From: a virus
IMG/VR virus record: IMGVR_UViG_3300030099_005362
Strand: one strand, 5' to 3'
Length of the DNA stretch: 64,000 nucleotides
Part shown: piece by piece, positions 10,416 to 20,423 of the stretch
Layout of the letters: the number at the start of each line of letters is the position of its first letter
Numbering within the stretch: the first letter of the stretch is position 1
Translations under genes and position numbers: made by a program
The notes under the pieces: model-generated
Told to the model about the DNA's origin: nothing
The model's database searches: none
Seen by the model: only the letters and a program-made list of their open reading frames with translations

Positions 10416-11060
10416 TTAGATATGTCGTTCCGCAGACGGATAGTAGAGTGTTAGCTCTTGCGGAGTGTGAAATATTTTATAGTCTGGATGGTCGCAAATT
10501 CTTCCGCAAAATTCTGAATCCTGCCCTGTTCTCTGGTGCTCTTTGTATCGCATTTTACCAATGGAAAACATATCTGTCCTGCATGTGAGATGTCCATGAT
10601 GAACACGCTCTCCATTCGGGGGTTTGAGGCATTTATCATGTTCTTTAACTTCCACTGGAAGATTTTCAAACTCAAGGTTAAGATCTTTCCAGCTTTTAAA
10701 CTCTTCGGCAAAATAATATCTGCCAACCAACGCTGATATCTGTGGGTTCCGGAAAACATTTTTTATGTATTCGCATCTTTGGGGATGCATCTTGTCATCA
10801 ACATCACAAAACGTTATGATGTCTCCGGTACTTATGTCTGCTCCGCTGTTTCTTGCCCATCCCGCAAACTTTCTAGATGGTGAATTGTGAACAACATAGT
10901 CTAGCCTTTTAGAGCTTCCTATTTTCTTATTCCAATCGAACCCGCTAGAGACGACTATGACTTCATCTGGCTTGACGGTTTGTTGAGACATGGAGTCTAA
11001 ACACGCATCCAAAAGATGCACGTCCTCATCATAGCACGTTATACAAAGCGAAATCTTCAA
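10416..11060 (-). CDS. glycosyltransferase family 2
   Basis: AGWARNSGA, FCDVDD, GQDSEF. Confidence 0.85.
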   Translation of the reverse strand: MKISLCITCYDEDVHLLDACLDSMSQQTVKPDEVIVVSSGFDWNKKIGSSKRLDYVVHNSPSRKFAGWARNSGADISTGDIITFCDVDDKMHPQRCEYIKNVFRNPQISALVGRYYFAEEFKSWKDLNLEFENLPVEVKEHDKCLKPPNGERVHHGHLTCRTDMFSIGKMRYKEHQRTGQDSEFCGRICDHPDYKIFHTPQELTLYYPSAERHI

Positions 11061-11062
11061 AA

Positions 11063-11290
11063 TTATCTTTTTGTTTTTAGTTCAATGAATTTGTCAATGG
11101 CCTCGTCTAGAGTGTGAAAAAGTCCATGAAATCTGTCTCTGTCCGAGACTACTTGGTATTTAGCTCTAGGTACTCCTATTCTGTTTTTTAAGAAATCTTC
11201 TAGGTTACACAATGAAACACCTTTAGACTCTATATAGCAGCCAGAATAAACCACTGACCTGTATTCTTGTTTAGTGGCCTTAATCAGCAT
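11063..11290 (-). CDS. hypothetical protein
   Basis: 75-aa ORF overlapping the dnaE-N stop. Confidence 0.6.
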   Translation of the reverse strand: MLIKATKQEYRSVVYSGCYIESKGVSLCNLEDFLKNRIGVPRAKYQVVSDRDRFHGLFHTLDEAIDKFIELKTKR

Positions 11291-12875
11291 TTGAAATCTC
11301 CATTATCTTAGATAGTAAATCAATTCCCAACACGTCAAACTTGACATGTCCCTGAACCTCTAGGTCGCCCATATCAAAGGCGGCAACAGTATCTCCTGAC
11401 TTATCTTCAGTCATTGGACATACGTGAGCGAGTTTATGTTCCGATATAATCACGCCCGCTGGGTGTTTGCCTTGCGACTTATTGGTTCCTTCTATTTTTA
11501 TAGCCTGCTCAAACAGGTGCGACAGCGGGCCTTCTAGTTCGCCGTCCTCATTCATCATGCACCAGTTTTTGAGATTCTCTGGCTCGTTTTCTAGTGTCCA
11601 TTTTATAATAGACTTGTCTTCCATTAATTCTAGTTGGTCAGATATCTTTGCTTCGTCTGGGATACTATCTGTTATAGCATTCATTTCTGCAAATGACACA
11701 GCATCATTGATTCTTAGTACCTCTTTTACGGCTGCTCTTCCCTGAAGGCGACCAAATGTGATCATCTGAGCTACATTCTCTTCTCCGTATTTATATTTTA
11801 TATAGTCAATAACTTCGTCCCTGTGTTCGGCAGGAACATCCATATCAATATCTGGTAGGGAAACGTAGTTTTCTGTGTTTCTTCCCTCATTGTAGAACCT
11901 CTCAAAAATCAAATCATACTCAATAGGGTCAACGTCTGTTATACTAAGCAGGTATGACACCAAGCATCCAGCAGCAGAGCCTCGTCCCGGACCAGCTAAC
12001 CAACCCTGCTTCTTGACAAAGTTAACTATATCCTGAACTATCAAAAAATAACCAGATAGTTCAGCCTTGATAATAACCTTTAGCTCCTGCTTGATTCTCT
12101 CGGCGTAAATGTCTTTATCCTGCTCGCTAGAAACTTTATTTTGAGCCTGTAGCCTGTCTCTCCATCCGTCTCTACAAAGTTGTGTGAGATATTGATCTTC
12201 GTCTACTCCTTCTGGACAGTCAAACGCTGGAAGCATCGGCTTTCCAGCAACCTCGTAGTCTTCGCACATGCTCGCTATTTTGTTAAGCATATCTATGTCG
12301 TTCGTTTTGTTGTTTGGCTCATGTAGATAGAAGCTGTCATTCTCAAAAAAGTGCTGATTAGCAACCTCTTGATTGTTTTTTAGTAATGAGTTTACCTTCT
12401 TCATTGTTGTCTTCATACCTGAGCACAGCATGATCCTATGACAATCCGCATCGCTTTTGTCTACATAGTAAACAGCATCATCATTCATAGCCCCATATTC
12501 AAAGTGATTGCTTTTAAACAATTTTCTTAGACCGTTTGAGTCAGGCGACACACAAATCAGATTACCCCTTTTGGAAACTTCCTTTAAGACATCCAAGTTC
12601 TGATTTGAAACATACTTAATAAGGTCAAACCAGCCATCTTTATTCTTTGCATATAAAATGTATCCGTCAAAATCACAACCAATGATTGGTTTGACATCAT
12701 TTTTTCTACACTGCTGATGGAAGTCTACAGCTCCAGCTAGCGTTCCAAGATCTGCTATGCCGCAAGCACTATACTCATACTCTTTACATCTTTCCGAAAG
12801 CAGGCTGTTTTTGCAAAAACCCTTTTGCAGACTGTAGTGTGTTTTACAATTTAGTGGTATCCAATTTGAATTCAT
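11280..12875 (-). CDS. dnaE: DNA polymerase III alpha subunit, N-terminal half (reduced PHP + palm/thumb)
   Basis: THYSLQKG, GPGRGSAAG, LIFERF, PDIDMD, KHPAGVII, KFDVLG. Confidence 0.92.
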   Translation of the reverse strand: MNSNWIPLNCKTHYSLQKGFCKNSLLSERCKEYEYSACGIADLGTLAGAVDFHQQCRKNDVKPIIGCDFDGYILYAKNKDGWFDLIKYVSNQNLDVLKEVSKRGNLICVSPDSNGLRKLFKSNHFEYGAMNDDAVYYVDKSDADCHRIMLCSGMKTTMKKVNSLLKNNQEVANQHFFENDSFYLHEPNNKTNDIDMLNKIASMCEDYEVAGKPMLPAFDCPEGVDEDQYLTQLCRDGWRDRLQAQNKVSSEQDKDIYAERIKQELKVIIKAELSGYFLIVQDIVNFVKKQGWLAGPGRGSAAGCLVSYLLSITDVDPIEYDLIFERFYNEGRNTENYVSLPDIDMDVPAEHRDEVIDYIKYKYGEENVAQMITFGRLQGRAAVKEVLRINDAVSFAEMNAITDSIPDEAKISDQLELMEDKSIIKWTLENEPENLKNWCMMNEDGELEGPLSHLFEQAIKIEGTNKSQGKHPAGVIISEHKLAHVCPMTEDKSGDTVAAFDMGDLEVQGHVKFDVLGIDLLSKIMEISNAD

Positions 12876-12888
12876 TTGCTGTGCGGTC

Positions 12889-13482
12889 CTATCCTTCTGG
12901 TCTGTGGTAATTCGAGTGCGGCTCTGGCCATAAATCCATCATGTGATGAAAACTTCTTTCTCGAATACTCCACTCAATATTATCTTCCCAATATAGCTCT
13001 AATGCCATACTGGGTCTAAAAAATTCTTCAAGCACTGTTAGCTCGACAGGCGTAATTCTAGCCTGTATTGCTACCCCCTTGGGTTCGGCTGTTAGTTTCA
13101 TATTTACGTCATCAAAATTCATCCACCAAACGTGCTCCTCTCTGTTCCCATATGTAAGGTTATCGAACAAGGGAAGAGGAACCTCTATGTAGCCACGCTT
13201 TGCAATCCTAGACAGCTCTGTTAAAAATTTATCTAGATCATGCATGTGTTCGGCTATATGACTAGCTATGACAAAATCGAACTGCTTATCATCAAAAGGG
13301 GTATTAGCCGCGTCCGACTGAACAAAACGTTTTTCTGGATATAGATCCGTGTGATCGACTATATCAGAAAGAGTTTGTGCCTCTTCCCAAGCAAACCGAC
13401 CACATCCCAAATCTAATATTTGCCATGTGCTGTTGTCTCTCAGCACTTGAAGTATATGGCTCTTGTGAGTTCTTTTAATCAT
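12889..13482 (-). CDS. class I SAM-dependent methyltransferase
   Basis: ILDLGCG, PFDDKQFDFVIASHIAEH. Confidence 0.85.
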   Translation of the reverse strand: MIKRTHKSHILQVLRDNSTWQILDLGCGRFAWEEAQTLSDIVDHTDLYPEKRFVQSDAANTPFDDKQFDFVIASHIAEHMHDLDKFLTELSRIAKRGYIEVPLPLFDNLTYGNREEHVWWMNFDDVNMKLTAEPKGVAIQARITPVELTVLEEFFRPSMALELYWEDNIEWSIRERSFHHMMDLWPEPHSNYHRPEG

Positions 13483-13958
13483 ATCTTCTTTAAGTCACTG
13501 ATAGCGATATTGTAACAGTCCGCTTTAACTCTAAAGTTATTATCGCCGTCAATCTGCCCCTTCTTCAGAAACTTAGCATCTTCAAAATATTTGTGCTTAT
13601 AGTATTGTCCAAGCACCCAAGCCCTTTTCCAGCGACCGTTGATATTTTCTAGTCTGACAAATACATATATATCACAGTCCTGCTTTTTTTGTAAAGAGGC
13701 GATGGAACACTCGTAATAATCTTTTGGTTTGCTAGTGCATCTCTTGGTTTTGACATCGTACCTAATTCCATCTTTTACTATATCATAGCTGTAAGTGTTG
13801 GTTATGTCACCTTTTATTATTTCATTAGCAACTTGTTCACCCAAAAAACCCGCAATGTTCCCCTCGCCCTTTGTTATTGAGTTGTTTATCTCTCCCATTT
13901 CACGAGCCTTTCTCCAAGCTCGCTGTTTCATGTCTTGTGTTATTTCTACTTCAATCAT
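13479..13958 (-). CDS. putative PD-(D/E)XK nuclease-fold protein
   Basis: GE...YDIV...DVKTK pattern. Confidence 0.55.
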   Translation of the reverse strand: MIEVEITQDMKQRAWRKAREMGEINNSITKGEGNIAGFLGEQVANEIIKGDITNTYSYDIVKDGIRYDVKTKRCTSKPKDYYECSIASLQKKQDCDIYVFVRLENINGRWKRAWVLGQYYKHKYFEDAKFLKKGQIDGDNNFRVKADCYNIAISDLKKI

Positions 13959-14649
13959 CTCTGCTCCACAGTATAATTCTTCCTTTTTTATCCTTCTTTG
14001 CCTTCTCAGTAATAGTAATAGGTATCAATGATCCTGTTTGATTATGCTGTTTCCAATGTGACACATCTAAATCTAAATCTTCTGAGAAAAAGTCTTTAAT
14101 TTTAGTAGCATCATCTTCTTCTATGTTGAAGACAAGTAAATCATTCGGCCTGTCCTTAAAGTATTCTAGCACATTACTGATATGAGCATTCCACTGATTT
14201 TCCCATAAAGTCAATACTTCTTCTTCGGTCATTTTCATATGATGCATGTATGAACCGAGATAGGTTCTTCCACTACCAAACACATGGCTTTGCCTACTTT
14301 TAATCCATTTAATTAGATTTCTACGATTTAATATGAACTTGGAATTTGGATATTGTTTGTCAAGTTCTGTGAAGTAATTTATATACGCATGAACACAGGG
14401 AAAGTAATCGTCCGAGTCGTCATCAAATCCGTCTAAATGAGACTCCATATCTGAATAGAAATCAAAGTTTTCCATACCCTCAAGAAGAGGGCGGTCATTT
14501 TCATAGTTTCTTTTCATTTCAAGTGCGACATACTTGTGGGCACTTTCATGCCACCATCTCCAATGAACAGATGCAATGCCATTACCTTTGAAGAAATGGT
14601 ATAAGCTTGATGTACCACACTTGTTGAATCCTATTTGAAAAATCTTCAT
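13951..14649 (-). CDS. sulfotransferase family protein
   Basis: IGFNKCGTSSL PAPS-binding loop; YPNSKFILNRR...WIKS. Confidence 0.8.
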   Translation of the reverse strand: MKIFQIGFNKCGTSSLYHFFKGNGIASVHWRWWHESAHKYVALEMKRNYENDRPLLEGMENFDFYSDMESHLDGFDDDSDDYFPCVHAYINYFTELDKQYPNSKFILNRRNLIKWIKSRQSHVFGSGRTYLGSYMHHMKMTEEEVLTLWENQWNAHISNVLEYFKDRPNDLLVFNIEEDDATKIKDFFSEDLDLDVSHWKQHNQTGSLIPITITEKAKKDKKGRIILWSRDD

Positions 14650-14834
14650 TGCTGCGTTCCTGCCGCTCGCTTTATGTCGCTGCCTATGGCACTAAGACCT
14701 AAAAACAATCCAGCCACTAAGAACCAAGTCCAAGCGTCTTTATCTTCTAAAGCTAACCATGTAGAAGACGCTATACATAGTGAACATATAATGTAACCCA
14801 TATTAAAATTATCCCGGAGCTTCGTAGTATCCAA
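14646..14834 (-). CDS. small membrane protein (2 TM)
   Basis: two hydrophobic stretches; overlaps both neighbours. Confidence 0.55.
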   Translation of the reverse strand: MDTTKLRDNFNMGYIICSLCIASSTWLALEDKDAWTWFLVAGLFLGLSAIGSDIKRAAGTQQ

Positions 14835-15831
14835 TGTTATGTCCTTCTCTTGTACAGTTATCTATAGTTTCCTGCTCTCCAAATGCCTTAAGATGTTCCT
14901 CTACGTGCTCACACATAGAAATATTAGTTCCCGGCCAGTTGTTCTTGTAGAAATGGCAGAGCTTAGTGCATTTGAAGCTGGTTCTGTTTCTAGAACAGGG
15001 TTGTGGAAAATCGTTTCTCTGTATCTGCTTAAATCTTTTTTCAAGCATACCCAGAAACTTCTCCTGATCAGACTTGTCAAAACACATGCTAAAAGGTCCA
15101 CCGTCTCTTATATAAAATATCGTCATTATCGCCTGAGTATATTCAGGGTAAAGTTGCGATATAGCATAATTATACAGTAACAATTGCGGATCGTCAAGTA
15201 GTTTCTCGTAAGTTTTTTCTTCCCCAGTGGCCCAGTTCAGTCTTCTTCCGGTTTTCCAGTCAACAACCTCAATCGTATCATCCGCAACCTTAGTAACAAG
15301 GTCAATAGTTCCCTTGATCGCAAGTTGCCCTTCTACCTCTTCACCGTTAGGCATCTTGTACTTAAACTTTGCCCAAGGCTCGTCGATAGCTATGTCGAAC
15401 TGTGGCTCAGCGTCTACGATGTCCCTTTTTCTTGGATCAAACTGGCCATCATTGTAAGTTAAGGCTGTTTCAACCTGTGTTCTACAAAACTTTACATCCG
15501 CACCAGTATATTTATGAACACACGTAGATGTATAGTGCTCATAGCTTTTGTCTAGTATCCTAGAGACAAACGTTTTTGTGAACAGGCTTCTAGGAGTAAA
15601 GTTGACTTTGCCAATCGCATCGTCTTTTATATATAGACTTTTTTTGTCTGGGCTTTCTTGTAGTTTCTTTTTACATGAAGACAGAACTTCCATAACTTTA
15701 TGTACTATAGTACCAAGCTGTGCCTTCTTGCCAGATGTCGATCTGTGCCCTAAAACATAAGTTATGAAATATTGCATTTGACAATAGTCATAGTTATTAT
15801 ATGATGAGCTTCTTATGTAGGTTACAATCAT
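14809..15831 (-). CDS. PD-(D/E)XK exonuclease (RecB/AddB/Cas4-like, probable Fe-S cluster)
   Basis: N-terminal Cys, GTIVH, GTIDLV, DWKTG, QLLLY, C-terminal Cys cluster. Confidence 0.8.
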   Translation of the reverse strand: MIVTYIRSSSYNNYDYCQMQYFITYVLGHRSTSGKKAQLGTIVHKVMEVLSSCKKKLQESPDKKSLYIKDDAIGKVNFTPRSLFTKTFVSRILDKSYEHYTSTCVHKYTGADVKFCRTQVETALTYNDGQFDPRKRDIVDAEPQFDIAIDEPWAKFKYKMPNGEEVEGQLAIKGTIDLVTKVADDTIEVVDWKTGRRLNWATGEEKTYEKLLDDPQLLLYNYAISQLYPEYTQAIMTIFYIRDGGPFSMCFDKSDQEKFLGMLEKRFKQIQRNDFPQPCSRNRTSFKCTKLCHFYKNNWPGTNISMCEHVEEHLKAFGEQETIDNCTREGHNIGYYEAPG

Positions 15832-16715
15832 TCTCCAGTAACCTCTTTGATGGTATGAATACCCCCAACAAGCTGTGGCTCTGGTTCAGAAACAGGTTCT
15901 CCGCTTTGAACGTGTTTAGCAAGTTTCTCATTTGGCTGTTGCAGTGTTGTTTCTTTGCCTAGCCATCCCCAGTCGCCTAGAACTCGTATTAACTCTTTGC
16001 ACGACTCATGTATTGTCATGCCTTCGTTGTCTATTACGGCATCAAAATTATCCCACTCGGACAATGCCGACTCGCTTGCGTGGCTGTCTTGGTGTGGAGA
16101 CCTAGTAAGTCTGATGACTTTTCCGCCTGCTCTTTGTATAGCGTCGGCCTCGTTCGGGAATCGGCAGTCATCCACAATAGATAATAGAGGATTTTCAAAT
16201 TTTATATCTGCTATACATCTATCAACCCAGATGTTGTCATATATCTTTCTACAAACATCTGTGCCAAAGTACTGAAGAAACTCCCTTGCTGTCATTTTCT
16301 TGTTTCTTTTCTTTTTATTATTGATCTTTAGAGGCAAGTCTCCCCATTTAATGTTGGTAAGAGTGTTCTTTTGGCTGTCTGTTCCATAGCACTGCTCATG
16401 AGAAAGACCAAATAGACCGGTGGCTATCTCCTTTAGTGGTGCAGCAAAGGAGTACTTTTTGACATATGGCCACATACTATATATTGCCCACTCTGAAAAT
16501 TGCAGATCAGTTCTAGATACGTCTAGTACAGCGTTGCCCTTTTCTTCTCTTCCTTGTTCGTCGATTATGTTTGTTGTTACAACCAAGTCGCCGTCAGCAA
16601 TCTGGAAATCTTCCACGATTCCGTGGCAAGCCATTTGATAACCATGAAGAAAATTAGAACAGGTTGTTTTTCCAGACTGCTTAGTTCCAGAAAAAGCCAG
16701 AATTCTACCTTGCAT
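15828..16715 (-). CDS. deoxynucleoside monophosphate kinase
   Basis: GTKQSGKT, SFAAPLKE, REFLQYFGT, DDCRFPNE, HASE. Confidence 0.85.
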   Translation of the reverse strand: MQGRILAFSGTKQSGKTTCSNFLHGYQMACHGIVEDFQIADGDLVVTTNIIDEQGREEKGNAVLDVSRTDLQFSEWAIYSMWPYVKKYSFAAPLKEIATGLFGLSHEQCYGTDSQKNTLTNIKWGDLPLKINNKKKRNKKMTAREFLQYFGTDVCRKIYDNIWVDRCIADIKFENPLLSIVDDCRFPNEADAIQRAGGKVIRLTRSPHQDSHASESALSEWDNFDAVIDNEGMTIHESCKELIRVLGDWGWLGKETTLQQPNEKLAKHVQSGEPVSEPEPQLVGGIHTIKEVTGE

Positions 16716-17748
16716 TATTTGTTCCTTTCAACTGGGGATATAATTGTTCTTTTATTTGTTCGATTGTCATGTCGCCAACATCCTTTTCGGATATGCTGGG
16801 ACGGTAATAATTAAATCTTCTTCCGCACTTTTTAAGTATCTGCGAATAGGCCTTGTCTCCGGCCTCATCTGAATCCGTGAGTATCACTAAATTTAATGCA
16901 CCACTAGATTCAAGCAATATCAGTTGGTCTTCATTTATACTAGATCCAAAAATTCCAACTGCATTTTTAAGACCGGCCTCATGTAGCCTCCAAACATCTC
17001 CCTGCCCCTCAACAAGAATGGCAGTGCGTGTTTTCAATATTTCTTCTTTTGCTATGTTTAAACCATATAGGACTGACTTTCTAAAGCCCTTGCTGTGCAG
17101 CCACTTTGGCTTCATGTCGTCATTGGTGGATCTACCCACGCATCCTATATAATTATAGCCCTCATCGTAGATTGGGACAACAACTCTTCCCGACATTGGC
17201 TGATTTTTTGCCGAGCATAATCCAACATCGAAGGAATCTAGGGTTTCTGGGCTGTAGCCTCTACCTATATAGTATTGTGCTGGTATTTGAATTTTCGATC
17301 TTATTTCTTCTCTACTTATTACGGGATCGTTTCTCTGTATCTTTCTATTGAATACATCAATAACCTTGAATGTATTTTTTTGAGTGCTTTCTAAATCTAG
17401 ATCGTCTATATCTTTCTTTAAGAAATTAGCACAGAAAGATGCTGTTTCATTCATGGAGACAGACTTGTTTCTTTTCTGAGAAAGACACCCCCTAACAAAC
17501 CCAAAAAGATTATTTGCATACTCTTCTTCGCAGTGCTGTGTCCAACATGCCCAGTTTCCCTTTTGCGTCATGCCGTCTGTGAAGATACAGCACCCTTCTG
17601 GGTTGTCACCGCCATGAACAGGACAAGCAAACGCTACTCTGTTGGGATACTCTACATATTCTATGTCGAAATAGGTCAATAAAGCATCAAGCCTCAGAAA
17701 CATTTCGTTAGAAAGTGCTGATATCTGATTGTTCGTTAATGTCCTCAT
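16705..17748 (-). CDS. dnaG: DNA primase (zinc finger + TOPRIM)
   Basis: CPVHGGDN...CWTQHC; GRVVVPI; VEGQGD; DSDEAG; KDVGD; start uncertain (ORF track 17835). Confidence 0.88.
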   Translation of the reverse strand: MRTLTNNQISALSNEMFLRLDALLTYFDIEYVEYPNRVAFACPVHGGDNPEGCCIFTDGMTQKGNWACWTQHCEEEYANNLFGFVRGCLSQKRNKSVSMNETASFCANFLKKDIDDLDLESTQKNTFKVIDVFNRKIQRNDPVISREEIRSKIQIPAQYYIGRGYSPETLDSFDVGLCSAKNQPMSGRVVVPIYDEGYNYIGCVGRSTNDDMKPKWLHSKGFRKSVLYGLNIAKEEILKTRTAILVEGQGDVWRLHEAGLKNAVGIFGSSINEDQLILLESSGALNLVILTDSDEAGDKAYSQILKKCGRRFNYYRPSISEKDVGDMTIEQIKEQLYPQLKGTNNAR

Positions 17749-19192
17749 CCGTCTCGAATCCCTCTTCTCTGGTTCTTGAGTTCTCATGTATCTCGTTTCT
17801 AGTATCACCCTCTTCAATTCTACCAAATCTCCCATGCATCTTCATAGACACATAGTCTCCGTCGTCTAGACCTTCTCCATGTCTAGCAACGACTGGAACA
17901 AGTTTTCTGTTGCCATTGTCTATTCCGTCTGTGGCCACCTCCTCGTCAGATTTCAGCTTAAATATAGAGAAGCTAGTACATAACCAGATTAGCCTGTCAG
18001 AACCAGAAACAACATCTGTAGATTCTTTTGTTATACCGTCCCTATTTAACTGCACAAAGGCTAAGCATGGCACATCATACTTCACCACAAAGTTGTGTAG
18101 CTTCGTGATCTGAAAACCTAAAACCTGATACTCCTGCATCGAGGCACTAATTCCCTCTGAGCCCATCAGCTTAAGATAGTCATAGACCACTAGGCAGTCC
18201 TTTGTTTGTCCGTTTTCATCAAATCCAACATGCTGATAGATCCACTTTCTCATCTGGCTGAGTATGTTCTCAAAAGACTCGCCAGCAATGCTGATATAGT
18301 GATATGGAATATCTTTTAACTTTTCGGCAGCGGCGAATACCTTTTCTTTTTCTATTTCGTTTTCAGAAAACCTACCTGTAGATATCTTATTAATTTCTAC
18401 TCCTGACATATTTGCCAAGATTCGATTGTAGTGATCTTCTTTAGACATTTCTGTATCTAGCATCAATACGGGAATATCTAGTTCGCCCGCCACATGCATT
18501 GCTACGGCATCGCCAAACATAGACTTACCAACCTTTGGTCTAGCGGCCACTAGGTCAACACACTTTCTCCGTAGTCCACCACCAATGGCCACGTCAAACC
18601 TTGAGAACCCACTTGGTATACCCACAAAATCAGACACGTTTTCGCTAAGATATTCTACGTAGTCTTCTACGCCCTCTCCTAGTATCTCTGTCTTTTTTCT
18701 AGATGATTGGTATATGTCGCCCGTCGCTTCTAGTAGCGGCTCTTCTATTTTAGCCACGAGATCCATTACGTCTTCATCGCCCGTAATTGAATCTAGGTCG
18801 CTTTCACACGCCTTTAGTGTCTTCTTAAGATCTCTGGCTAGTTTAAGCTTTGCTATTTTGGCGGCATGACTAGCAACATTCTCTTTATGTATTGGAAAGT
18901 TAAAAAGAGATCGTATAAAACCAATCTCGTCTTTGTTGTTTATTTGATCATGCACACCAAGATCATTCGCAGAAGACAATATAGAGGAAAGCTCTACTTG
19001 CGTGTTCTCCGATATAGATCTATATATACAGTCAAATATCAACTGATTCATTGGATCAGTAAAAGACTGCGAGCTTATAAAATCAACTTCTAGATACGCA
19101 TCTAGTCCATATTGACATAGTGCTGCCAAAACGGCTCTTTCTGCGGCTAGATCTTCTAGTTTTCTGGTTATCTTCTTAGGCATTTGTCGCAA
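17708..19192 (-). CDS. dnaB: replicative DNA helicase
   Basis: AERAVL, AARPKVGKS Walker A, TEMS, VYDYLKL, QLNR. Confidence 0.92.
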   Translation of the reverse strand: MRQMPKKITRKLEDLAAERAVLAALCQYGLDAYLEVDFISSQSFTDPMNQLIFDCIYRSISENTQVELSSILSSANDLGVHDQINNKDEIGFIRSLFNFPIHKENVASHAAKIAKLKLARDLKKTLKACESDLDSITGDEDVMDLVAKIEEPLLEATGDIYQSSRKKTEILGEGVEDYVEYLSENVSDFVGIPSGFSRFDVAIGGGLRRKCVDLVAARPKVGKSMFGDAVAMHVAGELDIPVLMLDTEMSKEDHYNRILANMSGVEINKISTGRFSENEIEKEKVFAAAEKLKDIPYHYISIAGESFENILSQMRKWIYQHVGFDENGQTKDCLVVYDYLKLMGSEGISASMQEYQVLGFQITKLHNFVVKYDVPCLAFVQLNRDGITKESTDVVSGSDRLIWLCTSFSIFKLKSDEEVATDGIDNGNRKLVPVVARHGEGLDDGDYVSMKMHGRFGRIEEGDTRNEIHENSRTREEGFETDEDINEQSDISTF

Positions 19193-19578
19193 ACGTAAAA
19201 TTCTCTTTGATGCTGAGGATGTGTTGAAAAAGTCTTATTGCATCTAGTGCAAAGCTGTTCAATCTTTTGAAACGGTCTTCTTTTTCTTTCGGTTAGCTGA
19301 ACCTCTGGTGTAACATCGTCAGTGTGTTCAGAACCGTCATCCTTAAACTTGTTAAATCTAGGCATGTCCGTTACCGGCACGCCTGTAATCTGTCCTTGTG
19401 TCTTTCTTTTCTTGATCTCTGTCATGCCTTCGGGTAGGCTAGACGCCCTAGTCGCTGGCTTTTCTTCTGGCGACGGAGGATCAGACTTGACGTTGGAGTT
19501 CAGTATTTGTTGAATAAGCTCTTGCTTCTGTTCTTGCGAAAGAGAATCAAGAAGTTTTTTCACAACTTCGTCACTCAT
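19168..19578 (-). CDS. hypothetical protein with C-terminal zinc ribbon
   Basis: CTRC...CDKC. Confidence 0.6.
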   Translation of the reverse strand: MSDEVVKKLLDSLSQEQKQELIQQILNSNVKSDPPSPEEKPATRASSLPEGMTEIKKRKTQGQITGVPVTDMPRFNKFKDDGSEHTDDVTPEVQLTERKRRPFQKIEQLCTRCNKTFSTHPQHQREFYVCDKCLRR

Positions 19579-19579
19579 G

Positions 19580-20053
19580 CTATCTCCTTTTTGATAAATT
19601 GTTTAATATTTGGGCCATACTCTGTATTCTATCTGCCTTGCCACTTAGCATCTTTACCCTTGCGTCGGCGTGGTTTTTTACTTTTAGTATTTGCGATGCT
19701 AGCGGGTTTTCTTTAATTGCCGAATAGTATTTTTCTTGCCACTTAGTATATTGTGTCCCATAGTTCTGCATCACTGTAGATATTATATACCAAATACTGG
19801 AATCTGCCCATTCTAAAATTGCATTTTCTTTTGTTCTTAGCGTCTCTATATACTCAGCGTAAGCGTATAGCTCATAAGCATAAAACGCACAGTCACTGTT
19901 TGATAAGGAGCTAAGGTCTTGTCTTCTGAAATTTAACGCTTCTGGAACCTCTTTTCTAGGCTCACTGCTATGTACATATTTAGAGTTAACCCAAGAGTCT
20001 ATAGCCTCTACAAACTCAACTAACTTTTCTTCTCCAGTCATCCCAGTCCTCAT
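19580..20053 (-). CDS. hypothetical helical protein (possibly a UvsY-like recombination mediator)
   Basis: size, helical character and position in the recA-dnaB run; function is inference. Confidence 0.4.
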   Translation of the reverse strand: MRTGMTGEEKLVEFVEAIDSWVNSKYVHSSEPRKEVPEALNFRRQDLSSLSNSDCAFYAYELYAYAEYIETLRTKENAILEWADSSIWYIISTVMQNYGTQYTKWQEKYYSAIKENPLASQILKVKNHADARVKMLSGKADRIQSMAQILNNLSKRR

Positions 20054-20423
20054 CGTAATTGAATTCTACTAATTTTATATCGTTTAACTCGCACCATTCT
20101 TTTTTATCTCGATCTCTAGCTTGAGCCTTAAAAAATGACAACTTGTCTTTGAAGAAAAACTTATTAAATTTAAAGTGCTGCTCGCCATGAACTTCAACCA
20201 TTAGGTTTCTATTCGGTATAAAAAAATCAGCACGAAGAGTGCCTTTTCTGATACCGTTGTTAGTTCCTACTAGCGAAACTTCTTCTAGTATTCTATCATA
20301 CGGAAAGAGAATGTCAAGTAGCTCCTTCGCATTTTTATGTAAATTTGATCTTTTAGAAGATGAAGACTCTTTGCTAGAGGGGTTCCATTTGTATTCTTTT
20401 CCATCAAGGCCTGTTATTTTCAT
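20016..20423 (-). CDS. Vsr/DUF559-like endonuclease
   Basis: LRADFFIP..LMVEVHGEQH...RD..K. Confidence 0.7.
   Translation of the reverse strand: MKITGLDGKEYKWNPSSKESSSSKRSNLHKNAKELLDILFPYDRILEEVSLVGTNNGIRKGTLRADFFIPNRNLMVEVHGEQHFKFNKFFFKDKLSFFKAQARDRDKKEWCELNDIKLVEFNYDEDWDDWRRKVS

Noticed and set aside
8126-12875. Split intein, intron or pseudogene explanation for the two dnaE parts
   Set aside because: No intein terminal motifs, the intervening DNA is fully coding, and both halves keep their conserved motifs
14809-15831. Cas4-like nuclease as sign of a CRISPR system
   Set aside because: No repeat-spacer array or other cas genes seen; replication context fits a phage exonuclease
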